In this document: positions 50,788 through 60,000 of the stretch, in pieces
Position numbering within the stretch: the first letter of the stretch is position 1
How the letters are laid out: each line of letters begins with the position of its first letter
Assembly (NCBI GenBank): GCA_030390025.1
Contig: CM059438.1
Location: 58,592,001 to 58,652,000, forward strand
Source: Squalus acanthias
Taxonomy: Eukaryota
Direction of reading: 5' to 3'
Length of the DNA stretch: 60,000 nucleotides
The notes under the pieces: model-generated
What the model was told of the DNA's origin: nothing
The model's input: only the letters and a program-made list of their open reading frames with translations
Databases searched by the model: none
Made by a program: the position numbers and the translations under genes

Positions 50788-50824
50788 AGTTCTGACGAAA
50801 GGTCTTCGACCTGAAACGTTAACT
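50788..50824 (+). ncRNA. Minimal hammerhead ribozyme motif (family A, 3' pLTR)
   Basis: AGUU-CUGACGA-A-AGGUC(uuc)GACCU-GAAAC-GUU-AACU: stem I AGUU/AACU and palindromic AACGUU stem III. Confidence 0.75.
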
Positions 50825-51561
50825 CTGTTTCTCTCTCCACGGATGCTGCCTGGCCTGCTGAGTTTTTCCAGCATTTTCTGTTGTTATTACGTTTTTACTA
50901 GTGCTAGTTCATGACTAGAATATGGAGGTTGTGACTCCAATTACCTCCAAGGCTTTTCTGCTTGTTAATCTTCCTGTTGCAAGACATAATACATCTTTGC
51001 TAGTGCGCAGTTCACTATTAGTACACTTACCCCAACGGATTACACTTTTGTTGCAAGACCCAAAGCAATTACTCAGTTTATTATTTAAATTCACTGAGTG
51101 AGCAGCCTGTGTGGGACCTTTCAGATTATTGCGCAGTCGCGGCGCGCGCACACCTTAGCGGGAACATTGGTTCTTACATACCCTCCTTATCTCTTCATTG
51201 AACAACTGCCCTTCCTTACTTCGACCTGGTGGTCTGTAACACACCCCTAGTGTTAGCTTCGATTTTTTCACATTCGTGATTTCTTACTGTTACAAATTTT
51301 GGGTTAGATATTTTCTTGGGTTATGCGGCGCTGGTCATTCCCATAAGTGGTCTTGGTGTCTTATGTTCAGGAGTGTGCCATTACTTCACAATATCTAATT
51401 ATACAATACCTGGGGTGTACAAATGTACCCCCTTGTGATCGGCACTGGATATCGTGTCTTTCACACGCACCCCCACATGCACATCGACAATCCTGCCAAA
51501 GACGGACTGAAAACACATTTGTGAGATAAGGCCAGATATGGATTTTGAAGCTGCTTTATTA

Positions 51562-51687
51562 AGATAAGAACATAAGAACATAAGAAATAGGAGCAGGAAG
51601 AGGCCATACGGCCCGTCGAGCCTGCTCCGCCATTCAATAAGATCATGGCTGATCTTCTACCGCAACTCCACTTTCCCGCCTGATCCC
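51562..51687 (-). mobile_element. CR1 3' UTR; host that resumes at about 56114-56470
   Basis: (AAGAACAT)n tail. TTTCCCGCCTGATCC joins to TATCCCTTGATTCCCCTAGAG at about 56114, as in the intact copy at 12445-12485. Confidence 0.85.
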
Positions 51688-52475
51688 TGTAGCTTCGCCT
51701 TTGTTTTTCCTAACTTTTCACCCTGTAGAATTGGTTCTACCTGTACACCAAGGTAAGAGTCCGAGAGCGGGAGCAGTCAAACAACAACAACTGCAAAACC
51801 GCTAAAGTGACGTCACAACCAGGGAAGGAGCTGATTGGTAAGTAGGACCTGGTGAGTATTTCTACAGTCCAGTCATTAAAGTCAAAGTAAGGTCTCTAGT
51901 TTAGAGAAAGTAGTGTTTAAAGGGAAGTAAGGTCCCTAGTGTATTTAATATTCTTTAATTTAAAGGAAGTAAAGGGAGTAAATTAAGGGTAGGACATGGC
52001 AGGGCAGCTCGGCTGCGTGGAGTGCTCCTCCTGTGCTATGTGGGAAGTCAGGGACACTTTCGGTGTCCAGGGCGAACACATGTGCAGGAAGTGTCTCCAG
52101 CTGCAGCTACTCGAAATCCGTGTTTCGGAGCTGGAGCTGCAGCTGGATTCACTGTAGAGCATCCGCGAAGCTGAGATCTTCGTGGATAGCACGTTTAACG
52201 AGGTGGTCCCACCGCAGGTAAAGAGTGCACAGGCAGACAGGAAATGGGTGACTGCCAGACAGAGTAAAAGAACTAGGAAGGTAGTGCAGGAGTCCCCTGG
52301 GTCCATCTCCCCCTCCAACAGATTTTCCGTTTTGGATACTGCTGGGGGAGATGGTTTCTCAGGGGAATGCAGCAAGAGCCAAGTCCATGGCACTACGAGT
52401 GGCTCAGCTGCACAGGAGGGGAGGAAAAAGAGTGGGAGAGCAATAGTGATAGGGGATTCTATCGTAAGGGGAACA

Positions 52476-52614
52476 AAAATGAGAAGTCGCACAACACCAG
52501 GTTATAGTCCAACAGATTTATTTAAAATTACAAGCTTTCGGAGCTGTCGCCCCTTCCTCAGGTAAAGTTACAATCTCATTTTTGTCCACCCCAGTCCAAC
52601 GCCGGCATCTCCGC
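52476..52614. mobile_element. Penelope-like pLTR mini-element (family B) inserted in CR1 ORF1
   Basis: TSD ATCGTAAGGGGAACA at 52461-52475 and 52615-52629; same termini as 7715-7950. Confidence 0.88.
52528..52565 (-). ncRNA. Minimal hammerhead ribozyme motif (family B)
   Basis: Minus strand reads UUAC-CUGAGGA-A-GGGGC(gaca)GCUCC-GAAAG-CUU-GUAA. Confidence 0.72.
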
Positions 52615-55600
52615 ATCGTAAGGGGAACAGATAGACGTTTCTGTGGCCGCAGACGTGACTCCAGGATGGTATGTTGCCTCCCTGGTGCCAGGGTCAAGGA
52701 TGTCACTGAACGGCTGCAGGGCATTCTGAAGGGGGAGGGCGAACAGTCAGAGGTCGTGGTTCACATTGGTACCAACGACATGGGTAGAAAGAGGGATGAG
52801 GTCCTGCAACAAGAATTTAGGGAGCTAGGTAGCAGATTAAAAAGCAGGACCTCAAAGGTTGCAATCTATGGATTACTCCCGGTGCCATGTGCTAGTGAGT
52901 ATAGGAATAGGAGGATAGAGCAGATGAATGCGTGGCTAAGAGTTGGAGCATGAGGGAGGGCTTTAGTTTCCTGGATCACTGGGTCTGCTTCTGGGGAAGG
53001 TGGGACCTTTACAAGTCGGATGGGTTGCACCTAAACCGGAACGGGACCAACATCCTTGCGGGGAGGTTTGCTAGTACTGTTGGGGGGGGTTTAAACTAAC
53101 TTGGCAGGGGGATGGGATACGGAGTGGAGCTATAGTGGGGGTGATGCACAGCCAAATATAGAGGAAAAAACAAGTCAGCCTGGAAGGCAGAGCAAATATG
53201 TAACGGCACAAGGGAATATGGTAAGGCTGGATGGCATTTATTTTAATGCAAGGAGTCTTGCGAGTAAGGCAAATGAATTGAAGGTGTTGATGAACACATG
53301 GGAGTATGATATTGTTGCTATCACAGAGACATGGTTGAGGGAGGGGCAGGACTGGCAGCTCAATATTCCGGGGTATAGAATCTTCAGGTGAGACAGAGGG
53401 GGGTGTAAAAGAGGAGGGGGTGTCGCAATATTAATCAAGGAGTCAATTACTGCTGTAAGGAGGGATGATATTTTAGCAGGTTCCTCTAATGAGGCCATAT
53501 GGGTAGAACTTAAAAACAAAAAGGAGGCAAGCACTTTGCTGGGAGTGTACTATAGGCCACCAAACAGTCAGGGGGAGATAGAGGAACAGATATGTAGGCA
53601 AATCTCAGAGAAATGTAGAAATAATAGGGTAATAATAGTAGGGGATTTCAACTTCCCCAATATTAACTGGGATAGTCAGAGTGTGAAAGGTTTAGAGGGT
53701 GCGGAATTCTTAAAGTGCATCCAGGAGAGCTTTTTGAGCCAGCATATAGAAAGTCCTACAAGAGAGGGGGCGGTACTGGACCTAATTCTAGGGAATGTAG
53801 CCGGGCAAGTGGTCCATGTGTCAGTAGGAGAGCATTTTGGTGACAGTGACCATAATTCGGTGAGATTTAAGGTAGTCATGGAAAAGGACAAAGATGGACC
53901 GGAAATAAAGGTTCTAAATTGGGGGAAGGCCGATTTTAATATGATAAGACAGGATCTCGCCAAAATGGACTGGGATCAGCTACTTGTAGGAAAATCCACA
54001 TCAGAGCAATGGGAGTCTTTCAGAAAGGAAATAGAGAGAGTACAATCCAACATGTTCCCGTAAAGGTCAAGGGTGGGACAACAAGCCCAGGGTACCCTGG
54101 ATGTCAAGGGATATACAAGAATGGATTAGGAAAAAAAGGGAGGCTTTTGGCAGATACAAAGGACTAAAAACAGTGGAAGCCCTAGAGGAGTATAGAAAGT
54201 GCAGGGGGGTACTTAAAAAGGAAATTAGGAGAGCGAAGAGGAGCCATGAAAAAACACGGGCGGGCAAAATAAAGGAAAATCCCAAGGTATTTTATAAGTA
54301 TATTAAGGGCAAGAGGATAACCAGGGAAAGAGTAGGGCCCATTAGGGACCAAAGTGGCAATCTCTGTGTAGAGCCAGAAGATGTAGGTGAGGTTTTAAAT
54401 GAATATTTTGCATCTGTGTTCACGAAGGAGAAGGGTGATGTAGGCATAGAAATCAGGCAGGGGGATTGTGATATACTTGAACAAATTAGTATTGAGAGGG
54501 AGGAGGTACTAGCGGTTTTAGCAGGCTTAAAAGTGGATAAATCCCCAGGCCCTGACGGGATGTATCCCAGGCTTCTGTGTGAGGCAAGGGAGGAGATTGC
54601 AGGGGCTCTGACACAAATTTTCAGCACCTCTCTGGCCACAGGGGAGGTGCCAGAGGACTGGAGAACGGCTAACGTAGTACCATTATTCAAGAAGGGTAGT
54701 AGGGATAAATCAGGGAATTACAGGCCAGTGAGCCTAACATCAGTGGTAGGGAAATTATTGGAAAAAATTCTGAGGGACAGAATTAGTCTCCACTTGGAGA
54801 GGCAGGGATTAATCAGGGATAGTCAGCATGGCTTTGTTAGGGGGAGATCATGTCTGACCAATTTGATTGAATTTTTCGAGGGAGTGACTAGGTGTGTGGA
54901 TGAGGGTAGTGCAGTTGATGTAGTCTACATGGACTTCAGTAAGGCTTTTGACAAAGTCCCACATGGGAGACTGGTCAAGAAGGTAAGAGCCCATGGGATC
55001 CAGGGCAATTTGGCACATTGGATCCAAAATTGGCTTAGTGGCAGGAGGCAGAGGGTGATGGTCGAAGGTTGTTTTTGTGACTGGAAGCCTGTGTCCAGTG
55101 GTGTACCACAGGGAACGGTGCTGGGTCCTTTGCTGTTTGTAGTGTACATTCATGATTTAGATATGAATGTAGGAGGTATGATCAGTAAGTTCGCAGATGA
55201 CATGAAAATTGGTGGAGTGGTAAATAGCGAGGAGGGAAGCCTCAGGCTACAGGACAACATAGATGGGATGGTTAGATGGGCAGAACAGTGGCAAATGGAA
55301 TTTAACCCTGAAAAGTGTGAGCTGATGCATTTTGGGAGGAGAAACAAAGCAAGGGAATACACAATGAATGGTAGGATCCTAGGAAGGACAAAGGATCAGA
55401 GGGACCTTGATGTGCATGTACATAGATCCCTGAAGGCAGCAGGACAGGTAGATAAGGTGGTTAAAAAGGCATATGGGATACTTGCCTTCATTAGCCGAGG
55501 CATAGAATATAAGAGCAGGGAGGTTATGATGGAGCTGTACAAAACATTAGTTAGGCCACAGCTGGAATACTGTGTGCAGTTCTGGTCACCACAATATAGG

Positions 55601-56469
55601 AAGGATGTGATTGCATTGGAGAGGGTGCAGAGGAGATTCACCAGGATGTTACCTGGGCTGGAGCGCTTCAGCTGTGAAGAGAGACTGGACAGGCTGGGGT
55701 TGTTTTCCTTCGAGCAGAGAAGGCTGAGGGGGGACCTGATTGAGGTGTACAAAATTATGAGTGGCATAGATAGGGTAGATAGAAAGGAACTTTTCCCCTT
55801 AGTAGAGGGGTCAATAACCAGGGGACATAGTTTCAAGGTAAGGGGCAGGAGGTTTCGAGGGGATTTGAGGGAAAACTTTTTCACCCAGAGGGTGGTTGGA
55901 ATCTGGAACTCACTGCCTGAAAGGGTGGTAGAGGCAGGAACCCTCACAACATTCAAGAAGAATTTAGATGAGTACTTGAAACGCCATAGCATACAAGGCT
56001 ACGGACCAAGTTGAAATTAGGATTAGAATAGACAGGGCTTGATGGCCGGCGCGGACACGATGGGCCGAAGGGCCTCTTTCTGTGCTGTATAACTCTATGA
56101 CTATGACTATGACTATCCCTTGATTCCCCTAGAGTCCAAAAATCTATCGATCTCAGCCCTGAATATGCTCAAAGACTCAACATCCATAGTCCTCTGGGAC
56201 AGAGAATTCCAAAGATTCACGACCCTCTGAGTGAAGAAATTCCTCCTCATCTCAGTTTTAAATGGCCTACCCCTTAACCTGAGACTATGCCCCCTAGTTC
56301 TAGACACTCCAGCTAGGGGAAACAAGCTCTCAGCATCTACCCTGTCAATCCCCTTCAGAATCTGGTATGTTTCAATGAGATCATCTCTCATTCTTCTAAA
56401 CTCCAGAGAGTATAGGCCCATTCTACACAATCACTCATCATAGGACAGCCCTCTCATCCCAGGAAACAA

Positions 56470-59378
56470 TCCCATGTGGTTCAGTAATGTCCTTTAGGGA
56501 ATGAAATCTGCCGTCCTTACCTGGTCTGGCCTATATGTGACTCCAGACCCACAGCAATGTGGTTGACTCTTAACTGCCCTCTGAAATGGCCTAGCAAGTC
56601 ACTCAGTTGTAACTAACCGCTACAAAACACAATAATGAGAATGAAACCGGACGGACCACCCGGTATCGAATTCGGCACCGGCTACAGACACGGTAACGGC
56701 ACACCCAGCCCAGTCGACCCTGCAAAGTCCTCCTCTCCAACATCTGGGGGCTGCTGCCAAAATTGGGAGAGCTGTCCCACAGACTAGTCAAGCAACAGCC
56801 TGGCATAGTCAAACTCACAGAATCATACCTTTCAGTCAATGTCCCAAACTCTTCCATCACCATCCCTGGGTATGTCCTGTCCCACCGGCAGGACAGACCC
56901 ACCAGGGATGGTGGCACAGTGGTATACAGTTGGGAAGGAGTGGACCTGGGAGTCCTCAACATTGACTCCGGACCCCAAGAAGTCTCATGGCTTCAGGCCA
57001 AGCATGGGCAAGGAAACCTCCTGCTGATTACCACCTAGCGCCCTTCCTCAGCTGATGAATCAGTATTCCTCCATGTTGAACACCACTTGGAAGAAGCATT
57101 GAGAGTAGCAAGGGCACAGAATGTACTCTGGGTGGGGGACTTCAATGTCCATCACCAAGAGTGACTCGGAAGCACCACTAATGACCGAGCTGGCCGAGTC
57201 CTGAAGGACATAACTACCAGTCTGGGCCTGCGACAGGTGGTGAGAGAACCAACACGAGGGAAAAATCTACATGACCTCGTCCTCACCAATCTACCTGTGG
57301 CAGATGCATCTGTCCGTGACAGTATTGGTAGCAGTGACCACCACAAAGTCATTGTGGAGACGAAGGCCCGTCTTCACACTGAGGACACCCTCCATTGTGT
57401 TGTGTGGCACTACCACCGTGCTAAATGGGATAGATTCAGAACAGATCTAGCAGCTCAAAGCTGGGCATCCATGAGGTGCTGTGGGCCATCAGCAGCAGCA
57501 GAATTGTATTCCACCACAATATGTAACCTCATGGCCTGGCATATTCCTCACTCTACCATTACCATCAAGCCAGGAGACCAACCCTAGTTCAATAAGGAGT
57601 GTAGAAGAGCATGCCAGGAACAGCACCAGGCGTACCTAAAAATGAGGTACTAACCTGGGGAGGCTGCAACACAGGACTACATGCATGCTAAAAAGTGGAA
57701 GCAGCATGCTATAGACAGGGCTAAGCGATCCCACAATTAACGGATCAGATCAAAGCTCTGCAGTCCTGCCACATCCAGTCGTGAATGATGGTGGACCATT
57801 AAACAACTAACGGGAGGAGGAGGCTCCATGAATATCCCCATCCTCAATGATGGTGGAGCCCAGCACATGAGTGCAAAAGACAAGGCTGAAGCATCTGCAA
57901 CCATCTTCAGCCAGAAGTGCCGAGTGGATGATCCATATCGGCCTCCTCCTGAGCTCCCCACCATCACAGAAGCCAGTCTTCAGCCAATTCGATTCACTCC
58001 ACATGATATCAAGAAACGGCTGAGCGCACTGGCTACAGCAAAGGCTATGGGCACCGACAACATCCCGGCTATCATGCTGAGACTTGTGCTCCAGATCTAG
58101 CCGTGCCTCTAGTCAAGCTATTCCAGTACAGCTACAACACTGGCATCTATCCGACAATGTGGAAAACTGCCCAGGTATGTCCTGTCCACAAAAAGCAGGG
58201 CAAATCCAATCTGGCCAATTACCGCCCCATCAGTCTACTCTCAATCATCAGCAAAGTGATGAAAGGTGTCATCGACAGTGTTATCAAGCGACACTTACTC
58301 ACCAATAACCTGCTCACTGATGCCCAGTTTGGGTTCCGCCAAGACCACTCGGCTGCCGACCTCATTACAGCCTTGGTCCAAACATGAACAAAGGAGCTGA
58401 ATTCCAGAGGTGAAGTGAGAGTGACTGCCCTTGACATCAAGGCAGCATTTGACTGAGTGTGGCATCAAGGAGCCCGAGTAAAACTGAAGTGAATGGGAAT
58501 CGGGGGTAAAACTCTCCACTGGCTGGAATCATACCTGGCACAAAGGAAGATGGTTGTGGTGGTTGAAGGTCAATCATCACAGCCCCAGGACATCGCTGCA
58601 GGAGTTCCTCAGGGCAGTGTCCTAGGCCCAACTATCTTCAGCTGCTTCATCAATGACCTTCCCTCCAACATAAGGTCAGAAATGGGGATGTTCGCTGATG
58701 ACTGCACAGTGTTCAGCGCCATTCACAACTCCTCAGATAATGAAGCAGTCCATGCCCGCATGCAACAAGACCTGGACGACATTCAGGCTTGCGCTGATAA
58801 GTGGCAGGTAACATTCGCGCCACAGAAGTGCCAGGCAATGACCATCTCCAACAAGCGAGAGTCTAACCACCTCCCCTTGACATTCAACGACATTACCATC
58901 GCTGAATCCCCCACCATCAACATCCTGGGGGGTCACCATTGACCAGAAACAACTGGACCAGCCACATAAATACGATGGCAACAAGAGCAGGTCACAGGCT
59001 AGGTATTCTGCGGCGAGTGTCTCACCTCCTGACTCCCCAAAGCCTTTCCACCATCTAAAAGGCATAAGCAAGGAGTGTGATGGAATACTCTCTACGCAGC
59101 TCCAACAACACTCAAGAAACTCAACACCATCTAGGACAAACCAGACCGTTTGATTGGTACCCCATCCACCACCCTAAACATTCACTCCCTCCACCACCGG
59201 CGTACCGTGGCTGCAATGTGTACCATCGACAAGATGCACTGCAGCAACTCACCAAGACTTCTTCGGCAGCACCTCCCAAACCCGCGACCTCTTCCACCTA
59301 GAAGGACAAGGGCAGCAGGCGCATGGCAACACCACCACCTCCAAGTTTCCCTCCAAGTCACACAACATTCTGACTTAG
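56470..59378 (+). mobile_element. Second copy of the non-CR1 APE-RT LINE, decayed
   Basis: GDFN/SDH endonuclease pieces, [26 protein letters not shown]; many stops; colinear with 15525-18620. Confidence 0.9.
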
Positions 59379-59547
59379 TCATAGAGTCATAGAATCATAA
59401 CAGCACAGGAGGAGTCCATTTGGCCCATCGAGTCCATGCCGGCTCTCTGTAGAGCAATCCAGTCAGTCCCATTCCCCCACTCTATCCCCATAGCCCTGCA
59501 TGTTTATTTCCCTCAAGTGCCTATCCAGTCTCCCCTTGAAAACATTG
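59378..59547 (-). mobile_element. CR1 3' UTR fragment
   Basis: Same sequence family as 30137-30300. Confidence 0.85.
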
Positions 59548-60000
59548 AGGGGAGAAATTCAGTATCGACCCATTTGGGGCGTGATTATCGGCCGGGCGCA
59601 TAGTTTAGCGCCTGGCGCTAATTATCGCCTCCGACTGCAAACTTGGCTTTTATCACCCCTGGAGGTGATTGGAACACTAAATCAAGCGCTGCACACCTGT
59701 CTTAAGGCGCAAAGGCCGACGAGCGAGGCGCTAACTCAGAGCGCTGGCGAAGCTCATGTGATGTCAGTCAGCAACGACGAAGGGTTTCGACCTGAAACGT
59801 TAACTCTCTTTCTCTCTCCACGGATGTTGCCTGGCCTGCTGAGTTTTTCCAGCGTTTTCTGTTGTTATTACAGACACACTGTCGCCGGCCAGTTCTTAAA
59901 GGGGAGGGTCAATCTTGCTCTCCATCCACACCCTGCTCAATGCAGCCTTGAATCTAGGCCTGGAGAGACCTGTACATCAAATCTGTTGGAAAGAACAATG
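59548..60000. mobile_element. GC-rich DNA-transposon-like element containing a family A Penelope pLTR fragment (about 59776-59848)
   Basis: Starts GGGGGAGAAATTC. Internal GACGAAGGGTTTCGACCTGAAACGTTAAC...CTGTTGTTATT matches the family A pLTR. Confidence 0.55.

Larger units (their letters stand above)
48794..50887 (+). mobile_element. 5'-truncated Penelope-like retroelement (Neptune-type) with an inverted 5' pLTR
   Basis: RT motifs MDVQSLYT, GVAMGTRMGPSYA, RYIDD; Cys linker CKCRRCNTC; GIY-YIG NLVYCIRCSRC..DIGET; frameshift near 49755. 48794-48960 is an inverted copy of the 3' pLTR. TSD TACGTTTTTACTA at 48781-48793 and 50888-50900. Confidence 0.93.
51688..56113 (+). mobile_element. Full-length CR1/HER1 LINE (ORF1 Zn-finger, zipper and SGNH esterase; ORF2 APE-RT), inactivated
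   Basis: ORF1 ATG at 51996 (MAGQLGCVECSSC..CRKC; GDSIVRG; GTND). ORF2 has NARS, TETWL, YRPP, GDFN, SDH, then an open 637-aa RT stretch 54101-56014. Stops near 52155 and at 53389-53391, frameshift near 54060; (GACTAT)n tail. Confidence 0.95.

Noticed and set aside
54101..56014. 637-aa ORF as a host or domesticated gene
   Set aside because: It is the RT part of CR1 ORF2, with upstream stops and a frameshift and a LINE 3' tail.

Overview
Vertebrate genomic DNA, almost certainly from a cartilaginous fish (shark), judged from HE1/V-SINE, SacSINE1-like Deu-SINEs and abundant HER1/CR1 LINEs. The only host gene is the 5' part of an NMDA receptor GluN1 gene (GRIN1 or a GRIN1 paralog) on the minus strand. 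It has three coding exons (45422-45171, 24052-23918, 8497-8321; 252/135/177 nt; GT-AG; all phase 0) separated by introns of about 21 kb and 15 kb. The rest is repeats: many nested CR1 LINEs (one full length), two copies of a non-CR1 APE-RT LINE (one with a tRNA-like 5' head), L2 remnants, SINEs, Harbinger-like MITEs, large micro/minisatellites, and Penelope-like elements. The most notable signal is two families of short Penelope-derived insertions with 13-15 bp target-site duplications, two of them fold-back palindromes. They carry minimal hammerhead-ribozyme motifs with compensatory stem changes, and the copies on the GRIN1-transcribed strand inside introns are the broken ones. Family names come from recognition by eye, not database searches; TE boundaries are approximate unless a TSD is given.
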